From assembly GCF_036321535.1 (NCBI RefSeq), contig NC_087437.1:10914001-10978000 (forward strand): a DNA stretch of 64,000 nt, in the 5' to 3' direction. This DNA is from Camelus dromedarius (Eukaryota). Made by a program: the position numbers and the translations under genes. The notes beneath the pieces are model-generated. The model worked only from the letters and a program-made list of their open reading frames with translations. It did no database searches and was not told where the DNA came from. Positions within the stretch are counted from its first letter, which is position 1. Every line of letters starts with the position of its first letter. This document shows, in pieces, positions 48,236 to 60,548 of the stretch.

Positions 48236-50469
48236 GACAGTACTTCTTGATAATTAATTTTTTAAGTTAGAATAATCTAGAATACTGTAAAACCTTTTTG
48301 GCCCAACATTAGACTGACTTCGTGAGAGGAAGTGTGAGTGATTGCTGCATGTGAGCGTATGTGTCTTTTTGAAAAACATGCTAGTTTACTACATTGGTAA
48401 GGAAAAAGCTATTGAAAAAATTCAATGTATTTGTCTGCAATAAACTCATGGTTCATAGGGATCAAAAAAGTGTCGTAAATCAGTCACCATGTATACAAAT
48501 TACAACGTTTGGAGAAATGATGACTTTATTATAGTTGTATGATACTTCTCAGTGAATAAATTTCTTGAATCATCTATAAATCTAAGAACTTTCAACTTCT
48601 AGATTCAAAAGCAATTTCTTTACTGATTCTGTAAAACATTCCATTGCTTTAAGAGAAGAGTTCAAATGTGTGTGTAATTATTCTAGAGAAGACCAACATT
48701 TTAAGCACTGTTTGATATGAGGAATAGTTATTTTATGAACCTGCATATAAGTTAGAGAATATAATTTTCCTTTGAAAATGTTTTCCAAAGCCTATAGAAA
48801 ATTAACTTGCATAATATCACCTTCCAACAAGTCATTAATTTGTAATTCCAAACACATTTGCCTGGATCTTAAATGTAAGTAGTTAACTTTGATTTCTCCT
48901 CTCATTGCCGCGGCCAAGTGCTGACACGGGGCTGGCGAAGACCGGACGATGCACTTGATACAGTCCTTAGATTCCCTCCGTGTGTCTAGATCAACACAGA
49001 AAAGTTACACGATTCTGAAGTTTCCTTCCGATGGTGCCATTATGTTCCTTGTGAGTGAAGCATTGCTTTTCCTGGTGTTGTTTTATAAGGGTACATATGC
49101 CCGAGAGGGTGTACTGTTAGGTTGCTGCCCAACAGCTTGCTGTTCTCAATGACTTCCAGAACGAAGGGTGGACAGGCCAAGGCTGCTTCATGAACGACTG
49201 TCAGTGAAAGAAGGAGAAAAGGGAAACTTGGTCTTATGGGTCACCGAGGATCAGATATAGCTGCATGAAACAGAGAAAGAACAAACAAGAATGCCATCAA
49301 CATGCTAGAAGCCTTTTCCTACCTTCTATAAAGGAAGTTCAGAAGCAGGCATCCAAGGATGGGGGAACTCCATCTTTATTTCTGGGGCTCCATGCTTGCG
49401 CCTGGCTTCCATCCTCAACGTTGCCTCAAAGGTCCAAGACAGGCTGCTGGAGTTCCGACCACAAAGAGGAAGAGAAGACAGAAAGAGGCTCCACCCTGCT
49501 GAGTCAGCTCCACCGGACGGCCTTCCTGGAAGTCCTGCAGAATTCATCATTTTGGCCAGAAGCGAATCACACGGATATATCTAGCTATAAGGGAGGCTGG
49601 GAAATCGTATTTTACTTCTTGGTCACAATGTGCCCAGCTGAAAATCGAGGCAGATAAAAAGGAAGGAAGGAGTAAGGAGAGAAGGGATACTGGGGGTGAC
49701 AACTGGCCATCTCTGCATTTGGCAAGACACAAAGGTTATGACTGGCCTTGGACATCATCTGGGCTGAAGTCGTTCTCAGCTTTCATAACAATGCCTGCAT
49801 CGTCTAGGCTTTTCTGGGGTGAGGGGAAAATCCTAAAGGCTGGAGTAGCCCAGTCCTGGCAGGTAAGTTTATTAGTCCATGGACTCAGCCCTAAAATCAA
49901 TACAAATGCATTAAGATTCACTGAGCATGTTCCACATGGGCCCCATCGATGCAGCCGTGCATGACCCAGATGGGGGCCAGGTGGTGGGACACCCTTCCCT
50001 GAGTGGCTTGTAAGCTGGGAAGGCAGCTTACAGCCGTGCTTCTAAAACTGCTTTTTTTCCAGTTCAGAGCAGACTAGTCCATATTCCTACCATGACGACC
50101 ACAAGGGATCAGGACCCAATCTAGTCTATTTCTTGTTGGAGAAGACTGATCCTCTTATCGCACACCTGGATGTCACAATGTCAGCTTTCTATAAAAATGT
50201 GCCATGTATTTGTTCCACAAGTTTGGGGGGAGGTTGGGGGAGGGTGTGGGGAGGCCATCGGCTGAGACAGCCAAACCCATTAAGACAAACTCCTTATACT
50301 CTTCTAATTTCTCATTTTCATTTCAAATGATGTTTGAAACAACATTTGTTCGTTGGATGGAGTCTAAAATAATTTATTCCACAGCTAGGTTTTTACTATA
50401 ATGGTATTAGTGGCAGAGATATTTGACTGCGGAGACATTGTGCATCAATTGATGAGAAGAAACATACCA

Positions 50470-50895
50470 CTATTTTAAAACATTTTAACCAAGGTGTAAT
50501 TTACCTAGACTAAATGCACAGCCTTCAAATGTGTATTTTGACGAGTTTTAATAAGTGCCTGCACTTAAGTAATCACCTCCTTCATCGAGATACAGAACAT
50601 ATCCATCACCCCAGAAAGTCCCCCCACGTCCCTCTCCAGGCAATCCTCAACCCTGTGTCCCTGCTCCAGAAGCAAGCACTGCTCTTGATTCTATCACCAG
50701 AGCTCAGATTTTTTTCCTAAAACTTCTAGAACGTCATATAAGTGGAGTTGTACAGTATGAATGTACTGGTCTGGTTTCAGTTTCTTTTGTTCAGCCTCCT
50801 GTCTTGAGAATCATCCGTGTTGTCTTAGCAGTTGATACCTTTGATTGCTGGGTAGAATTCCATTGTTTGAATGCTCTCAAATTTACTAATCCACT
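50470..50895 (-). mobile_element. Old L1 (L1ME-like) 3' end
   Basis: gaacatatccatcaccccagaaagtccccc...ttctagaacgtcatataagtggag...attccattgtttgaatg. Confidence 0.65.
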
Positions 50896-52732
50896 GGTAG
50901 CAGCTTCTACTTACTGAGCACTCCCTATTGCGGAACGCTATGCTAAGCACGTCCCAGACCACGTCTCATAACAACCAGAGAAGGTAGGTTCTGCTGGCCG
51001 TTTGAGGGGATTTTTATTTGTGATTCTCTTTTTTGCTGTGGTGTCAGCTCTGGTCTTCCTAGCACCTGGTCTGCCCGTCATCCTTTGTGGTCTTGGCAGG
51101 AGGTGAGATGCAGGAAATTTGAGCCTTCTTCTTGATGAAGCTGCAGCCCAGCAGGGGGGAGAAGGTGGGGTGACCTTGACCTGGCCAGTCCCATGCCCTC
51201 TCTGGGGACACCTGGGGCCTGAGTGAGGTTCCAATGCCAATGCCGAGGACAGCAGCACACGGGTCCTCCCTCTGCTGGGACTCGTGCCCGACTTTCTGCA
51301 TCCTGGCTTCCTGTGCCTTCTCCCCGCCTCCAGGATTTCATCAGTTTCAGAAACTTCCTTGCTTGTTTAATTTAGGCAAACTTGCTTCCTGTACCTGCAA
51401 ACAAGGCCGTTACTGATACGCTGGGTATTGTCCCCATCACACAGACAAGGAAACCAAAGCCCAGGGGCAGTGACTCTCCTGGGGTCACACAGGCTGCCAC
51501 GTAGCAGGATGAGGAGCAGAGCTCAGCAGATCCCAATGCCAGGAAGGGAGAGGCCACCGCAAACCTGACTTCAGTGACACCAGCCTCTCCAGCCCCAGGG
51601 GGACAGTGTGAGTGCCTTCCAAGGAGAAATGCACTCACCCTTCCTCAGCCCTCTACTTCTCTGGACGAAGCCAGCCAGGGAGGCTCTGCCCTCTCCGATC
51701 TGCCAAATCCCCCACCTGACCCATCACTTCACCCTTTCCCTAGTCTTCAGCTCAGAAGGGGAAACCCACCCCAGAACGTGGTACAGCCTTCCATGCCTTT
51801 CCATGGCTTAGTCGAGCATTACCTTTAAACCCTTATTCTGATCTTTGTTTCATGTTTACAGAAGGGGATTCCTTTTATTCCTTTCCCTGGACAGGAATAA
51901 TCCCTTTGAAATGCGAACTTTTAAAGAGTCGCTCCCTGGGTTATTGAAAGGCAGCCCTCCTCCTGCTGTAGAGAGGGGTCTGAGGCTGGCCGGCTGCGTG
52001 GGGACACACACATCGGGAGACTAGGGTGGGGAGAGAGAAGGCAGGCAGCCTGAGGCAAAGGGGCTCTGGCTCTCAGCTCAGATGTGGCCTCTGCCTTCCC
52101 CCAGCTTCCCCTTCATTTCTTTGCTCATCAGCACTGAGGGCAACCTAGAAAAAGACAAGGGGGGGGCGGGTGACAGCCGCAGAGACTGGGCGGGCAAAGG
52201 AAGATGGCCCTGAAACATCACCTGTAGCTGGGGCAGGGCGAGAGAGGACCATGTTGCAGTCAGCCCACCCTGGGCGGGCCTCTCATTTCCTGAGATTCCC
52301 TGGATATTGAAATATCCTGGAGGAGGATTACGGAGTGTGGTGGACACAGTGATTTACTCCCCAGATCCCTCCTCAGTCACCCAGCTGCCAGGAGGAAGGT
52401 GATCAGTGGACAGTCTCAGCTGTCAGCCCCTTCAGAGGTGGAGCGACTGCCACCGGGGTGCACCTGCCAGGAGTGGCCCCACATCCAGGAACTGAAGGTG
52501 GCAGGGGGTACAGGCCTGGCTGTATCGGCTCAACTCAAGATGATGTTGAAAGGCGTGGGCTCCTCCTCATTGCCTGTGGCTCTCTCCCACAGCTGTTGGT
52601 CCCCCAGGGGCTCCCTGATAAGCACTCAGCTCGCAAACTCTCTCTGAGCTCACTTCCCAGGGAGCCCAACCTGTGAAGTGGGGATGGTTGACATACAGGT
52701 TAACATCCTGACACATAGAGAGACAACACATG

Positions 52733-52950
52733 GGGAGGGTAACAGCTCAGGGGCAGACCACATGCTTAGCATGCATGACATCCTCAGTTCTAGCCCCAGA
52801 ATTTCCATTTAAAAAAAGAAGTTTTTCAGGGAAAGGGAAATAGTTCAGTGGTGGAGCATATGCTTAGGGTGCACGAGGTCCAGGATGCAACCCCTAATAT
52901 CCCCATTAAAAATAAAAAATAAAAATAAATAAATGAGATAAAAAAATTGT
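52733..52950 (+). mobile_element. Two head-to-tail degenerate tRNA-derived SINEs
   Basis: ggggagggtaacagctcagggg...aaaaaaa followed by gggaaagggaaatagttcagtggtggagc...aaaataaaaaat. Confidence 0.75.
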
Positions 52951-53496
52951 TAAAGGATTCTCAATAAAAAGACATGCACTACAGTTGGACTTTCACAGGA
53001 CAATTACAAAATCAGTGTTTTATGTTGATTCACTGCACGTGGCATCGATGAATTCCTCCCATCCTCAGTGCATAGCTCCATGTCTATCATGCAGAGAGAA
53101 AAGGTCCTGAGAAGTAGGTACTACTGTTTCCCCATTTTACAGATGAGGCAACCGAGGACCAGGAAGGACGCAGGACTTGCCCAAGGTGGCAGGACTCACG
53201 GCAGAGCCGGGATTGAGCCAGGAAGCTGCATCCAGCTTCTGTGCTCCCAGCATCACTCTCACCTTCCTCTCCACACTGGGACCTCCTGGGCTGGGGCAAG
53301 AGGTCCAGGGCTGGGTCTCAATCTCGAACACTGTCAGGTGCATGAAGGCGAAAAAGCAGTGTAAGAAGATGAGAGAGAAAAAGAGGGCGAACTTGAATAT
53401 AAATGACTAATTTCAAAGAAAAAAAAATTTTGAGTTAAAAGCATGGCTCTGATAGAAATATAAAATAAGCATATGCCAGACATTTGTTTCATGGCT

Positions 53497-53910
53497 TGTA
53501 TTAGTTCCCCAGGGCTGACCTAACAAATCACTACAAACCAGATGGTATAAACGAACAGAAATGTGCTCTGTCCAGTTCTGGACGCCAGAAGCTCCAGGCC
53601 AGGTGTCAGCAGGGCCGCGCTCCCTCCAATGGCTCTAAGGAGAATCCTTTTCTGCCTCCCAGTATCTGGGGACTGAGCCTTCTTCAGCCACCCTGGCTCT
53701 TAGACACATCTCTCTGTTCTCTGCCTCTTCCTCCAGGTCTTCTCCTCTGTCTCCTGTAAGACCACTTCTCATTAGATTGAACCCAGGATGATGGCATCTC
53801 AAAATCCTTAATTTAATTACATCTACAAACACCCTTGTTCCCAATAAGGTGAAATTCACAGTCCCCAGGATTTGGACACAGGCAGAGATTTTGGGAACCA
53901 CCATTCATTC
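53497..53910 (-). mobile_element. MaLR LTR (MLT1C-like)
   Basis: tgtattagttccccagggctgacctaacaaatcactacaaac...ttaatttaattacatctacaaac. Confidence 0.78.
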
Positions 53911-54199
53911 CACCCCACTTGTTAATGATAGAACCAGCAAGATGGTAAAGTGAATTCAGAGGAAAATTTGAGAAGCAAGTTTATCTAGTCAGTCAGCAGC
54001 AGCGTGGGGAACAACTTTGCTGAGTTAGAGACAAATTGAAAGGTTAATGTCTCACAGGGCAATAAAACTGTAATCCTTGGGGTTACCTTTTCCCATAGGC
54101 AGAAATCTGTTTGGACAAAGATCTTGAAGTTAGCACACGACTTCACAGATTCACCCTAATCAATGGTGAGTGGTGAATTAAACAGTACCTTGCTGAGAC

Positions 54200-54400
54200 C
54201 AGTGCTCTCCAACAGAAATTTCTGCAGTGGTGGCATATTCTGTATCTGGGCTGTCCAATTCAGTAGCCACGTGTGGATACCGAGCCCTTGAAACGTGGCT
54301 ATTTGTGACTGAGAAACAAATTTTGAATGTTATTGAATTGTCATTAAAGTTTATATATAAAGCAGCAGGTGGCTAGTGGTTACAGTATTGGGGGTGCAGC
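54200..54400. mobile_element. MER3-like DNA transposon
   Basis: cagtgctctccaacagaaatttctgcagtggtgg...gtagccacgtgtgg...gtggctagtggttacagtattgg. Confidence 0.72.
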
Positions 54401-55133
54401 CTGAGAGAACTCAATAACCCCTCGCAGGGCCTGAGAGGCAATTGTTCGAATGTAACATTGGAAGGATATACTGTTGCTTTATTTCCAAATTATTATAATT
54501 TTTCTTAAGACATTAATGGCACAACTCAGACTGGAGAGGCCACAGGAATGATTGGATTGTGCAGAATTAGCAATTGCATTGTCCATGGAATCAGAAAAAC
54601 ACTTCTATTTTGTTCCAATCAATCATTGACCTGTTGCCGGAACTAAAAAATGTTTTGGGAGAAGCTGGGCATGTGGGTTTCTATACAAAATGTCTTAACA
54701 TTTAGAGACTAGCCAGTTGGTGATCTCCACTCTAGGGGGAATTGGCGCAGGGAAATTACCCTCTCGTAATGTGCTCTATTTTTCTAACTCCTCTTGTGAA
54801 TATGCCACATCATCCAGCTCCTTTATGCATCACACATATTTGACAACCCCTCCCCAAGTAGTACAATTCATCTCAGTTCGACAAACATTTATTGAGCACC
54901 TACTGTCTACAGGGACTGGCCAAGAAGCAGATCATTATAAGGGTGAATAAGGCACTTCCCTTGCTGTCCCAGGCTCCCAGACTGACAGAGTCACAACACA
55001 AAGTGCTTTGTAAAGCACAGTGACAGAGGTGAGCACTGGTGTTCCTGGAGTCAGGGCACACCTGGCTCCAGCTGGGCAATGAGGCGAGAAGATGAGCATG
55101 GAGCTGAGTCTTGAGTAAGAGTAGGCCAGGTGA

Positions 55134-55658
55134 TAAATGTCCATCAGCAGATGCCTGGATAAAGAACTTGTGGGATAGTTATACAATGGAACACTACTCA
55201 GCCATAAAAAAGAACAAAATAATGCCATTTGCAGCAGCATGGATGGACCTAGAGACAGTCATTCTAAGTGAAGTAAGCCAGAAAGAGAAAGACAAATACC
55301 ATATGATATCACTTATATGTGGAATCAAAAAAAAAAAACGAGACAAATGAAATTTTTACAAAACAGAAACAGACTCACAGACAGGAAACAAACTTATGGT
55401 TACTAGGGAGGGGAGAAAAGGGAGGAGAGGGATAAATTGGGATTTGGGGATTTGCAGATACTAACTACTATCTATAAATTAGATAAACAGCAAGGTCCTA
55501 CTATACAGCACAGGGAACTATATTCAATACTTTGTAATAGCCTATAATGAAAAAGAATATGAAAGGGAATATATTTATATATATAAACTGAATCACTACG
55601 CTGTACACTAGAAATTAACACAACATTCTAAACCAACTACACTTCAATTAAAAAAAAA
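55134..55658 (+). mobile_element. 5'-truncated young L1 inserted in L2-like sequence
   Basis: KIMPFAAAWMDLETVILSEVSQ; poly(A); TSD AAGAGT(A/T)GGCCAGGTGA at 55117-55133 and 55659-55675. Confidence 0.93.
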
Positions 55659-56144
55659 AAGAGTTGGCCAGGTGAGGCAGGATGGAACAGGCATAGTGGG
55701 CAGAGGCATCAGCACAGTGAGAGGGAAAAAGGTGTGGCTCTGGGCACAGTATGGCATATGAGGGACACTTGGAGCATTCAGCATCGTGAGAGCTTAAGAT
55801 ATGAGGCCAGCAGTGGCAGGAAGAGAAGGGAGAGGAAACAAGGGTCAGATCATAGAAGGCACTGTAGCCTGTGAAGTGAAGGGTGTTTTGTAGGTGACTC
55901 ATCAAGACAGTGGAATGAGTGGGTGGGTGAACACATTCATTCAACAGTCTCCAGTGCTTGGCGCCGAAGATCCTGGTGATGCAGGCAACTAGAAGAGTGG
56001 GGTCTTTCTCCTCTCAAGGTTTACGTTCTACCTGGGTGAGAAAGACAGTAGACAAGTGAACAGACACATACATAAGATCGAATTCCAGACGGAATCCTTC
56101 AGCCTTGAAGAAGAGGAAGCGGGGGTAGGGGGTGGGTAACAGTG

Positions 56145-56300
56145 GGGAGGGGAAAGGTATAGCTCAGTGGTGGAGTGTGTGCTTAGTATGCACAAGGTCC
56201 TGGGTTCAGTCCTCAGTTCTCTGTTTAAATAAATAAATAAATAAATAAGCCTACCCCATCAAGGGAAAAAAAAGTTAAAAAAAAAAAAAAAAAAAGAAGA
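56145..56300 (+). mobile_element. tRNA-derived SINE
   Basis: ggggaaaggtatagctcagtggtggag...ggtcctgggttcagtcc with A tail; flanks gaagaagaggaa. Confidence 0.87.
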
Positions 56301-56507
56301 AGAAGAAGAGGAAACCAGAATGTAGAGGGGGAATGACTGAGAGCTGGGTGTGGGGGTAATGAGGTAGCTGCTCCAAGAAGGGGACATTAGATCTGGGACC
56401 CGAATGTCAAGAAGGAACCACTTGTATAACAACCTAGATTCCAGAAGAACAGCTGTCTGGGTTCATTTGGGAACTTTTTTTTTATAGCTAAACTTAAAAA
56501 AAATTAA

Positions 56508-56660
56508 ATAGCACAGGGAACTATATTCAATATCTTGTAGTAACCTATAATGGAAAAGAATCTGAAAAGGAATACACGTATGTACATGCATGACTGACAC
56601 ATTATGCTACACGAGAAATTGACACATTGTATATTGACAATACTTCAGTAAAAAAAATTA
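56508..56660 (+). mobile_element. Short young L1 3' end
   Basis: atagcacagggaactatattcaatatcttgtag...tacttcagtaaaaaaaa; flanks aaaaaaattaaatag on both sides. Confidence 0.85.
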
Positions 56661-57350
56661 AATAGGAAAACAATTACAGAGCATTTGAGAACAGACAAGA
56701 AAAAAACCACCTGTTATCTTACTATCTGAGCACCACTTCTATTTTTATTTAGAGTTCATGCCCTTAGTCTGGATCTGCGTGTATAAATAGTTTATATAAT
56801 TGATCATAATCAACTGTATGTACAATTTAATAGTCAGCTCTTTTCACTTACAACAATATAAGCATTTTCCATGATAACCATGATCCTAACACTATAATTT
56901 TCAATTTCTGCATCACTGTCCGTCTAGTGGGGCCTCACGTCTAGTATTTATCCTTTCCGCTGTTGCACGTGTAGGTTGCTTTATAAATTTTCTGGCTTAT
57001 GAGCATAAACATCTTTACACATGCCTATTTTTTCCTTTCCATCTCTCAGATAACGCCCTTAGGATTAATTTCTTCAAGTGAGAGATTCCTGTGTCAAAGC
57101 GAGCACTTGACCTTAGAGCGCACTGGCCACCGGACTCGGTGAGGGCAGGCGGCCGGTGTGCTGTGCCCGGTAGTGTGGGGGCAGGGCCAGGAAGGCCCGA
57201 AGCTCGGGAACGGCAGGAGTCACTGACTTCCAAGCTCAGCTTCTGCGGCTGAACTTGTGCCCCGAAGGACAGATGTTTGGGGTCAGGAACAGATATTTTG
57301 CATCACTCTGCTTTTGTAGCTTTGACTTTTGATTAAAAGAATAAATATGA

Positions 57351-57465
57351 GGGGGAGGGTATAGCCTGGCATGCACAGGATCCTGGGTTCAATCCCCAGT
57401 ACCTCCATTAAATGAAAATAAATAAGTAAATCTAATTACCACCTCTCCAAAAAAAAATTTAAAAA
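57351..57465 (+). mobile_element. tRNA-derived SINE with internal deletion
   Basis: gggggagggtatagc|ctggcatgcacaggatcctgggttcaatcccc lacks the tcagtggtagagc segment; TSD-like AGAATAAA(T/A)ATGA. Confidence 0.82.
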
Positions 57466-57484
57466 ATAGAATAAAAATGAAATA

Positions 57485-57835
57485 AATGCCTTTTATGATT
57501 GGATTAATGCATTCTATTTATTCTTCCTTGGTGGTCGGCTTTATTTCTTTGATAACTATGTAAGTTTAAAAAGCTAAAGCTCTAAATTCTTCTTAGAAAC
57601 AATGATCAGTACATATATGTAAATTTTTAAAAATATGTGCAGTATACTGTATATATGTATTTACATGCAATATATTGTATATGTGCAAATTGTAACAATT
57701 CTACCTAATAAAACTGAAAATTAATAAAAATAAAAAATAAAACCTAGCCATTTGGCTTTGTATAGAAAAATAAAATAAAATAAAAATAAAAGCTCCTACT
57801 GTACAAATTTTAAAATAAATAAATTAAAAAATAAA
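57485..57835 (+). other. Non-repeat retroposed insert (3'-UTR-like fragment with serial A-tails)
   Basis: Bounded by an exact 17-bp direct repeat AGAATAAAAATGAAATA (57468-57484 and 57836-57852); internal AATAAA and A-rich runs. Confidence 0.6.
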
Positions 57836-58771
57836 AGAATAAAAATGAAATAGATGTTTATGGAGATTAGGTCAAGAAAGCAGGCTGGGCACATGTTCCA
57901 AATTTCTAGTAAAGACTTAAAAAATACCATGTCTTATGTTATATATTCATTTAATGTGTATGCCTTTAAGCATCGCGTTCAGCCCCTCCCCACTCGCTGG
58001 ACCCAGGCTGTGGAAATGGATACAGAATTCACAGAGAGCCCTGAGCAGCCTCCACTTAACCATAGGAACAGTCCTCTGCTGGATTCTTGTGAACAGCCTC
58101 TGAGAGGAAGATTTGCTGGAAGCCGGTTTGTTAGGCAGTAACTCTCCCAAGAAGAATGGTGAAGAGAGTGGGGATGTGGGATCAGGAAGAGGGGAAGCCG
58201 CTCCAGGGTCTGACAGCAAACAGAGGCCCTCGGAGGATAACTTGGGCTTAAAGTGGGGAGCTCTGGAGACAGCACAGGTCACACCTCAAAGGCGGCCCCA
58301 TTGAGGGCTGCAGACCTGGAAGACATGTATCCTCTGTTCCCATCAGTACATGACCCGTCCCCGGGAATGCTCACTCCCAGGCACGCCTGGCTCTGGGGGA
58401 CACCGGCAGAGTGCAGTCCAGCCGAGACACAGACGCTGGCTGTGCGGAGTAAAAGCGCAGGGAAGCCTGTTGAGATGAAGATGGTGAAGGAATGTGCAGG
58501 CAGGTGGATGGAGGCAAGCCAGCTCCCACTTCAAGCTCATACCAGGAATCAAACGAAAACCAGCCCCGTGGAAAGAGACGTCATATTTAACAAATGAAAG
58601 AACACACACCTGAGAAACTAAAGCTAACTGAAGAAGACAGAAGGTGTTTCAAGAGCACGTTTGATCAGTATCCTCATGGACATGGAAGCAGATATTGCAT
58701 CGAGTGAGTCAATGGAGGTCTTAAAATTAAGCTTTTCATCACTGCCATTTCAAACAATAAAAAGCAGATAA

Positions 58772-58900
58772 GGGTTGGGAGTATAGCTCAGTGATAGAAC
58801 ACATGCTTGGCATGCATGAGGTTCTGGGTTCAATCCCCAGTGCCTCTATTAAGGGTGAAAATTTAAAAATTAAAAAAAATGTTTTAATTTAAAAAAGAGT
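58772..58900 (+). mobile_element. tRNA-derived SINE within old L1-like sequence
   Basis: gggagtatagctcagtgatagaac...gggttcaatccccag. Confidence 0.85.
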
Positions 58901-59924
58901 AGCTGGATAGAACAGCAGAATGGGAGCAGCTGAGGAACTAATCAGCGAGCTAGAAGACTGAGCTAAGGGAGTCCCTGAAAAGAGATGCAAAGCGCAAAAG
59001 GAAAGTTAGGAACATGGAAAATAATTTCGTAAGTTCCCACATCCAGCTGACAACACTTTCAGAATGAGAGGACAAAGTGGATAAATGGGATAAAATACTT
59101 AAAAAGAATAACAGAAGAAAAATTTCCAAAGTCAACGAAATACATGAGCCCTCTGAACAAAAGTGCCTGAAACACCAAAGCAGGAAAAATGAAAAAAATG
59201 CCACGTACATAGTGGTGACATTGTGGTGAGATTTTAGAACACCAGGGACAAAGAGATAGTCCTCAGTCTTCCTGAGGGAAAGGCAGATTGTACACAGGGG
59301 AGAGAGGAAGAGAAAACCACACTGGCCTCACACTTCTGGGGTAAGACAGTGAAGCCACATCTTTAACATTCTGATGGGAAGAGCTTGTGAATATAGACTT
59401 CAACTGAAAATATTACTCCCGTGGGGGACAAATAAAGGCATTTCGAACAAGGAGGAGTTCAGAAAATGCACCATCCACAGACCTTGTTCAGAAGGATGGC
59501 AAGAGAATTGCTGGAGTCTTGCAGTGCTCTACAAAACAACAAAAATTAATTTCACAGGAGCAACAGCAAAGAGAAGCAATAAGAAACTAAAGAAAAAATA
59601 AACTGGTAAAATGTAACATTGAGGAAAACAGGTATTAATCAGGAGCCCTATTTATTTTGAACCCTTACATCATGTGCCACAAAGAAGAACCTTGCTTGTG
59701 AACGCCTTCAAAAAAAGTGTCAATCCAGTGGACATTTCCAGATGGGCAGCCTTGGTAACAGCTTCAGGAACTTTGCTGAAAGTTGGTAAATGCAGAGAGG
59801 ACAGGTTCACCACAGTCAAGAGGATGGCTTGGTTATGTGAGGTGTGAAATCAGGGTCTGGCCAGAGCCACAGAACGGGTGTCTGTCAACTGGACAGAGTC
59901 TTTGTCCACTGAAAGGACATCCTA

Positions 59925-60548
59925 AAAGATGAAACTCTAACTTGAAAAGACACACACACCCCAATGTTCACAGCAGCACTATTTACAACAGCCAAGACAT
60001 GGAAGCAACCTAAATGTCCATCGACAGATAACTGGTTAAAGAATATTACTCAGCCACAAAACAGAATGAAATAATGCCATTTGCAGCAACAGAGATGGAC
60101 CCAGAGATTATCATACTAAATGAAGTCGGACAAAGACAAATACCATATGATATCATTTATACGGGGAATCTTTAAAAATGAGACAAATGAGCTTATTTAC
60201 AAACCAGAAATAGACTCACAGACATAGAAAACAAACTTACGGTTACCAAAGGGGAAAAGAGGGGGAGAGAGAAATCAGGAGTTTGAGATTAGCAGATACA
60301 AACATAGTTCCCTGTGCTATACAGTAAGTCTTTGTTGTTTCTCTATTTTATATACAGTAATATGTGTCTGTTAATACTATTACTGTTCCCTTTGGTGAAA
60401 TAAACAAAAAGGACCTACAGTATAGCACAGGGAACTATATTCGATATCTTTGAATGACCTATAATGGAAAAGAATATATATAACTGAATCACTTTGCTGT
60501 AGACCTGAAACATTATAAATCAACCATATTTCAATTAAAAAAAAAAGA
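59925..60548 (+). mobile_element. 5'-truncated young L1 with an internal inverted segment
   Basis: ccaatgttcacagcagcactatttac...ttcaattaaaaaaaa; antisense L1 piece at about 60303-60375. Confidence 0.88.

Noticed and set aside
54548..54560. Isolated DUX-like motif TGATTGGATTG (similar single site near 60905)
   Set aside because: Single sites with no TATA box or ORF nearby; expected by chance in 64 kb.
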